A stretch of 64,000 bases of DNA from Savitreella phatthalungensis (taxonomy: Eukaryota): positions 620,001 to 684,000 of the forward strand of contig AP039692.1 of NCBI GenBank assembly GCA_051599415.1, read 5' to 3'. Shown piece by piece: positions 10,017 to 19,640 of the stretch; within the stretch, counting starts at the first letter, position 1, and each line of letters starts with the position of its first letter. The translations under genes were made by a program, and so were the position numbers. Below the pieces are notes generated by a model, which did no database searches, was not told where the DNA came from, and saw only the letters and a program-made list of their open reading frames with translations.

Positions 10017-11075
10017 GGCGCTTGCTATCTTTTTTCTTCGTGTCTGACGCGATGATTGTCGCCGGATCTCGGCGGCTCGCAGCGCAGCGATCAGGTGGTC
10101 TGGCAGCCTTGATAGATCAAATTGGCGCATCTGAATGACTGTTGACGCTTTGGCCGACGAGGTGAGGATGTTCTCAATCAGTATTTCACAAAGACTGTTG
10201 GACGGATAAGCTACTGGCTGAGGATGACGTGTACTGATGGCGGACTTCAGCAGTAAAAGGTCAAGCTGTCGATGGAATATCCGGATAACAGGACCAACGT
10301 CTGCGTCTATTTCTGCTCCTTCGACCAAGCCCTTGGCATAATCAAGGACGGCTGTTGGGAAGTACCTCAATCCGTAGGCCTTCAGCTGTGGTATCAGGTC
10401 TTCCAGAAGCAAATCGCGCATTGCTGCCTTCAGCCAATCGCTAGGCTGCCCGCGATAATGCTGCACCAGTACGAGCTGCAGTAGAAATGCGGCATCCGAA
10501 TATTGCCCGGCTGTCGAAAACATTGTCGAGGCTCGAGTCGACGGAGGCAATTTAGCACGAGTATCAATCACGATACTTTGTCTTTCTTGCTGAAGGAGGA
10601 TGCACGCCTTCGCATCGCTCTTAGACATCTCTCGACGCAGCTGTCGGATTTGTACGGCATCCTGTGAGATGAATTCGTCGAGAAGGGTTAGAGCGTCCGT
10701 AATGAAGCTCGCTGCTCCAGCGCGGAGAAAATTTCCTTCAGCTTTCGAGCACGCGTCGACACTGACCTGTCGAGCGAGGGAACGAGCGCTATCAAGGACC
10801 TCTATTGGATCGGCGGATGCCATGGCTGCGTGTAGTCTTATCCAGCTGAACCATAGCGTTGCAGCCGCTCTGCCCAGAGGCTGTGGAGAACATTTGTTAT
10901 GGAACGCTTGGCAAAGAGTCTGTCTGAGTCGCTGTGTGAACTCTTCTGGGTCGTCGTGCCCTTCAGCCTGGGAGGACAAGGTAAAATCGTCGTGATGACT
11001 TGAAGAGTCCGAGTCACTATCGCTATCAGTCTCGCGCCAGAATCTACTCCGCCATTTGCCGTCTTTTGTGCTCAT
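10011..11075 (-). CDS. Hypothetical protein; possible truncated, divergent eIF3c/NIP1-like
   Basis: 354-aa ORF. SRFW..DSDSDS start, LARQV, FITDALTLLDEFI..MSKSDAKA and IFHRQL resemble eIF3c segments (judged by eye). Confidence 0.5.
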   Translation of the reverse strand: MSTKDGKWRSRFWRETDSDSDSDSSSHHDDFTLSSQAEGHDDPEEFTQRLRQTLCQAFHNKCSPQPLGRAAATLWFSWIRLHAAMASADPIEVLDSARSLARQVSVDACSKAEGNFLRAGAASFITDALTLLDEFISQDAVQIRQLRREMSKSDAKACILLQQERQSIVIDTRAKLPPSTRASTMFSTAGQYSDAAFLLQLVLVQHYRGQPSDWLKAAMRDLLLEDLIPQLKAYGLRYFPTAVLDYAKGLVEGAEIDADVGPVIRIFHRQLDLLLLKSAISTRHPQPVAYPSNSLCEILIENILTSSAKASTVIQMRQFDLSRLPDHLIAALRAAEIRRQSSRQTRRKKIASAS

Positions 11076-11348
11076 TCACAGCTTCGGCTGAGAAGTCGTA
11101 GGCGTTATCGGACAACGATGACCGAAGTTGAGCGCGATTGTGTCTGCTCGCGTGTCTCGATGACGTCGGGCTTCTGAGGTGTTTATATTTGCGGAGCCGT
11201 TTGCACAATCTAACCCGTTGGAACCTGTTACCTATCCCGGAGATTGCTCCGGGCCTGATGTGTGATGACAGCATCATTCTCAGGTTGACTATAGAGGCAC
11301 ACGTCTTGAGCACATCGTCCTTCGCCGCTGTCGGCTCAAGATCGGGTC

Positions 11349-12875
11349 ATGCAACCTGTGAGTGCCCCATGGACAGGATTACCGGGTCACCAGAACATTC
11401 TTGTCCAAGTACTCTTCACAGAGCACGATTACAAAGTGCGCGTAAGCGATCTGCGCTCGATCTGGGGAGAGGACGTCAGTCAGTCAACGATAAAGCAGCG
11501 AAGTCAAGATCTGAAGTCGCCAATAGATGCAGAGCTCGACATGCATGACCTGCTGGCTCATCTCCAAGACGCTTTGACGGTGCGGTCGGCAACGACGGAT
11601 GTCAAAGTTACAGCGCACAATGAGCGACTGACAATTGAAACATCAGAACGTCTGGAGGATGATGCCATAGAAGAAACATTGTCGCTCAACTGGAAGTTCG
11701 AGCTGGCAAAAATGCCCGCAGACACTCTGGCCGCAAGCACGATGCTCTCCGCTATATCGTATATCACATTCCTACAGGATACGCTTGCTGGCGTGCAAGA
11801 CGTCGTTCGTCTGAAGGATGCCACGATCAGACAGCTACTTGAGCATCTAGACGCCTCTGGTGCGCCTCATATCAGAAGCGCTAGTCATCGAGCACTTGGA
11901 TTTGTCAAATGGGACGGCGAAGCGTTCTTCAAGAAGCGCCGGGAGCGAGCAGAGGAGGAATCTCGAGGATCGACAGCCAGCGACGTGCTTGATGCGTTGA
12001 CGCAAGCGGGAAAGGATTCGAACTTCAGAAAGAACTGGAAGGCATGTACAACAGGCGTTGCCAGCTGGCGTCCAAATTTCCTCGACCGCGATGTCAGTGG
12101 CAATGTCGCGCAGGCTGAAGCGGAGGATGACGATGTCCACGAATGGAGTCCTCCAAGTCTCGAGCATGGAGCAAGCACACAGTCGCAGATGGACGTGTTC
12201 AAATCACCAACAAAGCGAGCGCGCACGCATGTCGATGATATCATCCACACTAAATGGTCATCTCCTGTCAGCAGCTCGCAGGTTCATCCGCCGCACCAGA
12301 CACTGCCGAGTGAGGTGAGCCTTGGACGATCACCACGAAAGCGAGCAATAAGCCCACCAGGCACGCCATCGAAGGAAGTTAGGAGCACTGGCGCCGATAG
12401 CCTGCTGAAGATCGAACACGGAGATGAAGATGAGCTGGAGAATGACAGCACGGATGATGAAGATCTCGATGCTCCGCCTCGTCGCATTCCCCTGCATCGA
12501 TCGCTTGATTCTCGTGGGGACGGTCCACGCCCGCAAACACCGCCGCCGCCGGATTCAATCGTGTCCGACAGCCCTGCACACGGCAATATCCCAGAAAGCC
12601 CATTGGCCACGCCATCGAAGCGGACCAGGACAGAAGCTCGGGGTGGTCTCGTCCACAGTATCATTTCTCCGCGGAAAGTGAAGGCAGAAATGGCCGAGAG
12701 TTTAGCTGGCGTGCGAGAGCCGCTGCCGACGGTTTCGGGGTCTGTAGGTAGGGACAGCATGCCGGAGGAGGAGATAGATCCAGAAGAAGCTAAGCGCAGA
12801 GCGATTTCCAATCGTCGGCGAGAGGCAGCGAAAGTGCTCAGGCAGGCACCCGCACGAAAGCGCCGACTGCTCTAG
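11349..12875 (+). CDS. XLF/Cernunnos-family non-homologous end-joining factor
   Basis: N-terminal YKVRVSDLRSIWGE..IKQRS..SPID and LNWKFEL head domain, a coiled coil, a disordered tail and a basic C-terminus (RKRRLL). Confidence 0.75.
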   Translation: MQPVSAPWTGLPGHQNILVQVLFTEHDYKVRVSDLRSIWGEDVSQSTIKQRSQDLKSPIDAELDMHDLLAHLQDALTVRSATTDVKVTAHNERLTIETSERLEDDAIEETLSLNWKFELAKMPADTLAASTMLSAISYITFLQDTLAGVQDVVRLKDATIRQLLEHLDASGAPHIRSASHRALGFVKWDGEAFFKKRRERAEEESRGSTASDVLDALTQAGKDSNFRKNWKACTTGVASWRPNFLDRDVSGNVAQAEAEDDDVHEWSPPSLEHGASTQSQMDVFKSPTKRARTHVDDIIHTKWSSPVSSSQVHPPHQTLPSEVSLGRSPRKRAISPPGTPSKEVRSTGADSLLKIEHGDEDELENDSTDDEDLDAPPRRIPLHRSLDSRGDGPRPQTPPPPDSIVSDSPAHGNIPESPLATPSKRTRTEARGGLVHSIISPRKVKAEMAESLAGVREPLPTVSGSVGRDSMPEEEIDPEEAKRRAISNRRREAAKVLRQAPARKRRLL

Positions 12876-13001
12876 CTACAGAAGCCTTCATGTCTGAGAC
12901 AGGGAGGGTCATCAGCATCAGAATAAGGGTCTGGTGTCATGTACAGGGGAAATAGTCTACAATGTACAAATGAGTTTCGTATGGTTGTGAGGAGGCTCGA
13001 A

Positions 13002-13883
13002 TCACTTGACACGGACCTTGGCACAGTCAGAACAGTACCACTTTCCGATTGGTGGCTCTTTCAGGCCGACACAACCGTAGTGGAACCACTCTCGGTGGCA
13101 GTGATCATTGTCGCAAGCGACCATCTCGCCGTAGGAGACCTGCTCGCAGAAGCAGTAGGTCTCTGTGTCATCGTTGTCCTCGGCAGAGAGATTTGCTGGT
13201 GGAGCAGGGTAGCCATTCGGGAGAAGCGGGGGGTTGACTGCGAGCGCACTCGAGACGGCTGGTTTAGAGCCGTCAGCGGCGGCACCAGCTCCGCCACCGC
13301 GACCACCAGAGGGAGATCCAGCGCCAGCACCAGGAGCCAGGGATGATCGAGCTCGCTTGTGCAACGGTCGAGGTGTGCCGGAAGGCGTCGTGGTACCTGA
13401 AGCTGAGCCACCCGCACCGTAGCCCCCGCCGTTTGCACCAGACAAGGCAGAAGCGAACGCTGCTGCTTGAGACTTCTCACTCACAGGCGTACCCAGGCCA
13501 GACAGAAGACCGGACGCCCCGCCAGAACTGCCTTCCAGGATGGAGATCTTTCGTGACTCATCGTCAATCTTACGAAGCGTGCGATCCAGAAGCTCCAATA
13601 CCTTCTCAGCCATGCGCTCCTTGTCATAGGACTTGTCGAGGATTTTCTGGAAGTCCGAGCGGATTTTAGGGTAGTATTCCTGCTCTTTTGGACTGACATC
13701 TAAGCTACCACGCTCACTCTGACGAATGTGTTTCTGGAGTGTGGTGTCGCGCGTCTTGATCTTGCGCGAGATGTCAGCTGTGCGTGTGTCTGCAGCTTTG
13801 AGCTCATTCATGAATGAACTGACCTCGCTCGGCAAGTTATCGAGCGAGTCGAAGAGGAGAAACGCCGCGTCATCGGCGTTCAT
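13002..13883 (-). CDS. ING-family PHD-finger chromatin protein (YNG2/Png1-like)
   Basis: N-terminal ING domain ([10 protein letters not shown]) and PHD finger [33 protein letters not shown]. Confidence 0.9.
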   Translation of the reverse strand: MNADDAAFLLFDSLDNLPSEVSSFMNELKAADTRTADISRKIKTRDTTLQKHIRQSERGSLDVSPKEQEYYPKIRSDFQKILDKSYDKERMAEKVLELLDRTLRKIDDESRKISILEGSSGGASGLLSGLGTPVSEKSQAAAFASALSGANGGGYGAGGSASGTTTPSGTPRPLHKRARSSLAPGAGAGSPSGGRGGGAGAAADGSKPAVSSALAVNPPLLPNGYPAPPANLSAEDNDDTETYCFCEQVSYGEMVACDNDHCHREWFHYGCVGLKEPPIGKWYCSDCAKVRVK

Positions 13884-15354
13884 TCCAGGACTGTAATTCG
13901 AGCGATTATAGAGATATCGTAAACAGCGCCACTTGCGACCTTCAACCTGCGTGCGTAAGGCCTATCGACGTGACTTGACACGTACCGTCGTGCAAGATGA
14001 ACTTGTTCTAAAGGCAGACCGGAGACTTTCTTGAGAATGGAGATGTGCATCTTGAGGTTGACTATAGAACTTTTTATCATTGCAATGCATAGATCGAATC
14101 AAACGTTCGAATCTGTTCACATTTAAATCGATTCACTCCAGCGGTTGATCGGCAGAGAAAGCTCGAGCTCAATCACGTGCTTATATTCATATTGGTCTCC
14201 CCGCGCATGGTACACAGCTAGCTGTAGCGTAGGCTGTGCTGCAGATATCCAGCTGCAGCTGCACCTTCCATTATAGCGCTCGATTCCAAACCCTTTTCCA
14301 TTTATGAAGAGCTTCACAGGGTGGTCATCCACCGCACAGGCGTCTCAAGCATCGTAGCGGACAGCATAGAATGTCCACAATCGTCTTTAGACAGCAGAAG
14401 ATCGACATGACTATGCAAGGGACAAAGTTAGCCAAGCACATGTGGGACCATGAATAATTCTCCGTGCTTACACAGTAATCCGCCAAAGACGATCAGAATG
14501 ATGGCAGGAACGCGGCAGATGTTGTCCTGGAAACATGCATGTGGCGAGCTGTAGGCGTGATGGACGCGCTCGCCAAATGTCCTTGTAGCGTTGACTGGAT
14601 GAATCATCTGTTGGTTATATTCAGACTATAGAGAAGCGCTTCTCATGAGCGTTGTTGCCGACACGGACAATCACCGAGCATGACTCTTTCCAGTGGTCGA
14701 CGTTGTGCGGTTAGGAGTTTCACCTTGATACAACGTTTCAAATCTTACAGTGTGGCTTCAATATCGAACAAACGCATACACGGGTACTCATACTGAGAAG
14801 GATGAGCGAGACTGATCCGAGTGTCATCACCCAGGCAGCGTCTCGACGTGATATGACTTCTGTGATATGACTTCTGGGAACGCGCTCATGGCTGTTGATG
14901 GTCGGTATTCAGATTGTCTTGTGCATTGTCCTCTTTACCTGCAAGTCAATTCGGGCTTGTCCAATCAGACAAGAGAACATCTCGCCTATCCGCGCCCCTC
15001 CACCTATCCATTACCCGTGAAGCTAAGGCTCGAGCTAAGCACAGTACCTAGAGCCCTGGAACTCTACTTGAAATGCCTTCAAGGTACCGACATATTCAAT
15101 GATGACCAACTAATGTAGGCTGCCTTACAGTTGCTCCACACATCCCACCTCGACAGGAGTATGCCGACCCCAATGCAAGGTGGGAGTACATCTCTCGACC
15201 CACACAAATTGTCCATCACAGGTAAGGTCATCTAGCCGACCGTCAGGACAACGCTCAACGAAGAAATAGCAAGCAAGACTTTTCATCCATCGTAACTCTT
15301 TGACTCGATCCTTCTGACGACGAACACTCGCCGTAACTGTATTGCTAAATATAA

Positions 15355-16452
15355 ATGACGGGGAACCACCTCGTATGCACCTTCCCACTGCAGCAGGAGA
15401 GTCGAGACAGACTTGCCGAGAGCGGCTTGTTTGAGTCGATAGAATACTGGCCATCGACCTACTCTCAGGGCACCAAGCACCCGAAGGCTCAATGGAGTCA
15501 TATCCCTGCAGATATCCCAGAAGAAGTCTGGCAGAGAACCACACATCTATACACCTTCTTTGCAACGCCCGACACATTTGACCTGACGCCGAACCTACGA
15601 CTCATGCAGAGCGGCACTGCTGGATTCGAGCATCTTCTTGTACAGCCGTTTTTCCGCACGATCCCACAGAATGTCAAGGATGAGAAGAAGCTGAATGTGG
15701 CGGGAGCTGCGGGAGTCCATGCAACGACGATCGCAGAGTACGTGCTCATGAACGTCATCAACTTCTACCACAAGGCCAGGCTGCTGGAGAAGATGCAGCA
15801 GACTGCGCACTGGAATAGAGAGCCCTATGTACCACCAGGCACGATCAACGGTACGCGAGAGCTCCGTGGAAAGACGATGGGCATCGTCGGGTATGGCAGC
15901 ATCGGGAGGGAATGTGCACGACTCGCAAGCGCCTTCGGAATGAAGATCGTTGCTGCCAACTCGCGCGGCGTCAAGACACCTCACCACGGATTCCGAGTCG
16001 AAGGCACTGGCGACGTCGACGGCAACCTGCCAGAAGCATGGTACAGCACGGCGAACGACGACAGTCTGAGGGAGATGTTCGGCCGATCTGATATCCTCGT
16101 TCTCGCGTGTCCGCTGACGGATGCGACAAGGCACATCATCAATGTCAAGACGCTCGGGTGGCTGAAAGACGGAGCGTTCATGGTGAACGTGTCGAGAGGT
16201 GGAACTGTGGATCAGGAAGCGTTGCTGGCAGCATTAGACGGAGAACGGTTGGCGGGAGCGGCGTTGGATGTATCTGACCCTGAACCGTTGCCTGACAATC
16301 ATCCGTTCTGGAGGCATCCAAAGGTCAACTTCACGCCGCACATCTCAGGATCCGGGGAGTACTACGAAGCTCGGTGCATGGATCTGCTGATGGAGAACAC
16401 GCGGCGACTGCAGGAGGGCAAGTCGATTTTGAACCGGGTAGAGTTGTCATAG
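15355..16452 (+). CDS. D-isomer-specific 2-hydroxyacid dehydrogenase
   Basis: GIVGYGSIG Rossmann motif, CPLT, VNVSRG, LDVSDPEPLP and TPHISG. Confidence 0.9.
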   Translation: MTGNHLVCTFPLQQESRDRLAESGLFESIEYWPSTYSQGTKHPKAQWSHIPADIPEEVWQRTTHLYTFFATPDTFDLTPNLRLMQSGTAGFEHLLVQPFFRTIPQNVKDEKKLNVAGAAGVHATTIAEYVLMNVINFYHKARLLEKMQQTAHWNREPYVPPGTINGTRELRGKTMGIVGYGSIGRECARLASAFGMKIVAANSRGVKTPHHGFRVEGTGDVDGNLPEAWYSTANDDSLREMFGRSDILVLACPLTDATRHIINVKTLGWLKDGAFMVNVSRGGTVDQEALLAALDGERLAGAALDVSDPEPLPDNHPFWRHPKVNFTPHISGSGEYYEARCMDLLMENTRRLQEGKSILNRVELS

Positions 16453-16570
16453 CTCCACGATGTAACGATAGAGAACTGACTGGCCTTGTGCGACTGCCCT
16501 GTGACATGTTCAAGCCTTTGATACGTCACAGAACCCCGTGCAGATCATGTGTTAATGGGGGGAAACTGAA

Positions 16571-16620
16571 CTGAGACTCGACTGAGACTGGACTGAGAGG
16601 ACTGAGTGGACTGAGTGGAC
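16571..16620 (+). repeat. Degenerate tandem repeat of GGACTGAG(A/T)-type units (about 5 copies)
   Basis: ctgagactcg actgagactg gactgagagg actgagtgga ctgagtggac. Confidence 0.8.
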
Positions 16621-16685
16621 GTGCACAAATCTCAACATCCACCAATGGTTCATATCCTTTGCCGTGTTCCAACCCAGCACTGTCA

Positions 16686-16935
16686 GACGCCGTCGGATAG
16701 TGGTTATTCCGTCACCTTGCTACGATTTCAGCCAATGAAATGGAAATAGGGTACGGAATTCAAGATCTTTAATGGCGGGGATTAAACGTTCCTCGTCGAC
16801 ACACTAAAAACATCTTCGGATTCCTGAGTCTACTTCAACTCGTTGCACTAATCCTGAATTTGAAAAATAATTCAGGGTATGCTTGCAGCTAGGTGGTGCT
16901 CATTGAGCGCGTGAGTTCGAATCTCACCGGCGTCG
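16686..16935 (+). tRNA. tRNA-Ser (anticodon GCT) with a 168-nt intron at the canonical 37/38 position (exons 16686-16722 and 16891-16935)
   Basis: Acceptor stem GACGCCG/CGGCGTC with G discriminator; D arm GGA-TAGTGGTTAT-TCC; anticodon stem TCACC/GGTGG with loop TT-GCT-A|A; long variable arm GCTC-ATT-GAGC; T arm GTGAG-TTCGAAT-CTCAC; T5 runs immediately downstream. Confidence 0.9.
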
Positions 16936-16942
16936 ACCAGCC

Positions 16943-16954
16943 TTTTTACTTTTT
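16943..16954 (+). terminator. RNA polymerase III terminator (two T5 runs)
   Basis: tttttacttttt starting 8 nt after the tRNA 3' end. Confidence 0.75.
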
Positions 16955-17507
16955 CCATCATTTATTCGAAGACTTCCAAGTGCTTTCTTTGACTTGAACT
17001 TTTTCGATTCGGGATGGAGCGAGTGAGTGTACACATGTGCATTCAATTAATTCTAATAGCTTGCTCAATTGCTTCTTGAGCGTCAGTGAATCACATGCAT
17101 GTACATGCACACAGCCTACCTCTGCCAGCTCGATCGGAGACGAACAAGGGATATCCGATCAACATGTGGGTCTACCAAGAGTGCGTTAGGTGTCTCCCGA
17201 TCTCTCATCTCCATCATCCAGAGTGATAAGTCACAAAGTGATACGGCAGTACAATCATAGAGAAGAGCCTGTCTCCAATTCGGTACAGGTCTAGCATTCT
17301 ACTAGTCACCTCGCTAATTCACCAGTCCACCTCACCCTCAAGACACTTTCCGTGCACGAGACCTAGAGACATCTGCACACTACAGCTCGCCGGCTTGGAC
17401 GGGTAACGGACACGAAACTCACAGTCACGCGCCAACTCAAAACTCGCCAAATCTGATTCACCCTTCTTGTGTACATCTCTCACCTCCGTCTGGCAGGCCA
17501 CATCTTT

Positions 17508-17536
17508 ATCAGCATCAGCATCAGCATCAGCATCAG
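17508..17536 (+). repeat. (ATCAGC)n hexamer microsatellite upstream of the Zn2Cys6 gene
   Basis: atcagc x4 plus atcag. Confidence 0.85.
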
Positions 17537-17599
17537 GATCTCACTATCTAAAGAGTCTCCCTTTGTTTCCACACTGGCTATGTCCATTATCGCTTCACC

Positions 17600-19546
17600 A
17601 TGACTGCAGAGTCTCCATTGAATCGGGCCATAACAGCCTGTGCGAGATGTCGTGGACGCAAGACCAAATGTGACCGCAACTTCCCTTCATGCGGCAGTTG
17701 CTCAAAGGCAGGCGTCATCTGTGAAGCGTTAGATCCAGCTACGGGTCGCAACATCCCACGCAGCTATGTTGCGCATCTGGAGGAACAAATCGCAGAGCTG
17801 CAGCAGCGGAATCAGGAGCTCAGAGAGGCAGCAGCAACTGCCTCCCCTAGACAGCCCAGGGGAGATGGTAGTGATGCAGGCTCAGCCACAGACTCATCCA
17901 ACCAGCAGCTCAGCTTTGCAAAGATGATGTTCACGGCCGTCTCGACAACAGGCCAAGTCAATTCGCTGGAAACGCCATTGCGTCAGACTGTCGTTCCTGC
18001 TCAGCTCCCATCATACGATGAGATGATGCGGCTTCGTCACATATATTTCAACCACTCGAATCCGCAGGTGCCTATTCTCACTTATGACGGATTTGATCAG
18101 TACATGCGCGTCGTCTACCAGGGTGCCGGAGGCGGTGTCAGCGGCATGAGCCTTGGCAATCACAGCGGCCACGACAGCAGCGCAGCAATGGCTGATAGTG
18201 CCGAACAGGCACGAGCAACGCGGTACTTCATACACATTGTCGCTGCCATCGCGCTTGGCAAAGATCCGAGCAACGAGTACGCATCTCAGCATCATGCTGC
18301 AGCACTCAACTACCTGCCGCTCGTCTTCGCCGGACCACGACTCTCGTCCCTCACAGCTGTGCTCCTTCTCAGCTTGTACGCTATGCAGAGGCAATCGTCC
18401 CCAGGTGTGTGGTACACGCTAGGGATTGCCTCACGGCTCATCACAGACTTGGAACTCCAAAGCTTTGTACCGACCCCAGAAGACGATGGCGCTGAGATTC
18501 GCAGACTTTTCTGGTCATGGTACGTGCTCGATAGGCAGGTCTGCACGTATCTCTCGCGTCCGACGAGCATCGCAGACAACGTCATCCATTGTCCGATGCC
18601 TGCAGACCTTGAGCCGACTCAACTGGCGTTCTGTCAGCTGCGCGTCTTGCAATCGGAGATCCAGAGAATCCTGCACCATGCAGACACGCTGCCGCGCGTG
18701 TGGCCGACTTTAGAAGCCTGGCGCGGTGACATGCAGATCCGACTGGATGCTTGGGAGGCATCTCGTCCTCGCACATCAGAGCAAGGAGGCTCAGAATTTG
18801 ACCCGCTCTTCATTACGCTCAACTATCACCAGACCGTGCTGCTCCTTCAAGGATTCTCTGCAAACCTGCCGCCGAATCCGCTGGTCATGCTGCCTGCAGC
18901 CAGAGCCTGCCTCCACATCTACCGCGATCTTTGGCAGGCAGATGCAGTCAACTTTATCTGGCTCGCCGTCCACAACACCTTTGTCGCGGGCTCGTCCTTT
19001 TGCTATGGCTTGCTGTACATGCCCGGTCACCAGCTGTTGGGCGAAGTGCTCGCACAATTAGACGAGGTGACTGAGGTCACGAGAACGATGCTCGAAGGCA
19101 TGTGTGTGAGGTGTCCCGCGACGGCGGACGTCCTCGCCCAATTTGACGGCATTGCAGCAGAAGTCCGGCGCAAGGCCATCTCACGAGACGAGCACCACCA
19201 ACAGCAGCAGCAACGACGCGCTGCATCCGCTGCGACCATCGATCTCTCCCCGCGATTCGCGAACTCCATGCTACTCCGTACGCCCTCTGCAGGCACGTCT
19301 CCGCGAAGGATGCTCGTCAACGATACCAGCGCGAATCCCTACCACCAGCAGAACAACAGCACCGGCCCACCGTCCAGAGATTCATTGGACATCGACTTCA
19401 ACGACCTCATTAACGGACACGGTACCAAAGCACTGTGGGCCGACTTCTTCGCCGGCAGCAACGATCTAATGTGGGGACAAGCTCCTGGCCAAAGCACGTC
19501 TGCAGCACCAACACCTGCACCTCATCATACTCAGCAGGGCTCCTAA
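17600..19546 (+). CDS. Zn(II)2Cys6 transcription factor, PPR1/UaY-like
   Basis: CARCRGRKTKCD..CGSC..C cluster, followed by the DPATGRNIPRSYVAHLE linker typical of Ppr1/UaY; fungal TF domain RRLFWSWYVLDR. Confidence 0.85.
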   Translation: MTAESPLNRAITACARCRGRKTKCDRNFPSCGSCSKAGVICEALDPATGRNIPRSYVAHLEEQIAELQQRNQELREAAATASPRQPRGDGSDAGSATDSSNQQLSFAKMMFTAVSTTGQVNSLETPLRQTVVPAQLPSYDEMMRLRHIYFNHSNPQVPILTYDGFDQYMRVVYQGAGGGVSGMSLGNHSGHDSSAAMADSAEQARATRYFIHIVAAIALGKDPSNEYASQHHAAALNYLPLVFAGPRLSSLTAVLLLSLYAMQRQSSPGVWYTLGIASRLITDLELQSFVPTPEDDGAEIRRLFWSWYVLDRQVCTYLSRPTSIADNVIHCPMPADLEPTQLAFCQLRVLQSEIQRILHHADTLPRVWPTLEAWRGDMQIRLDAWEASRPRTSEQGGSEFDPLFITLNYHQTVLLLQGFSANLPPNPLVMLPAARACLHIYRDLWQADAVNFIWLAVHNTFVAGSSFCYGLLYMPGHQLLGEVLAQLDEVTEVTRTMLEGMCVRCPATADVLAQFDGIAAEVRRKAISRDEHHQQQQQRRAASAATIDLSPRFANSMLLRTPSAGTSPRRMLVNDTSANPYHQQNNSTGPPSRDSLDIDFNDLINGHGTKALWADFFAGSNDLMWGQAPGQSTSAAPTPAPHHTQQGS

Positions 19547-19640
19547 TTTGGTCACTAGATAGTACATATGTATGTTATAAATGCTCTGTATATATACGGC
19601 TGTGGTGAAATCACCATGATGTCCTGTACAGCTTCCGGAA

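Noticed and set aside
14100..14120. GTTCGAATC B-box-like word (similar words at about 39183, 41403 and 53601)
   Set aside because: No T-stem or acceptor-stem pairing, so not tRNAs.
14867..15300. Short plus-strand ORF with intron-like GT..CTAAT..TAG signals
   Set aside because: The spliced product has no recognisable similarity; cannot be supported without RNA data.
16723..16890. Box C/D snoRNA reading of the tRNA intron (two CTGA words; GTTCCTCGT resembling an 18S complement)
   Set aside because: No good RTGATGA box C; the putative guide is only about 9 nt, buried in a stem and not positioned before a D box.
16940..16950. GCCTTTTTAC resembling U5 snRNA loop 1
   Set aside because: Has an extra T and no flanking U5 stems; better explained as the Pol III terminator.
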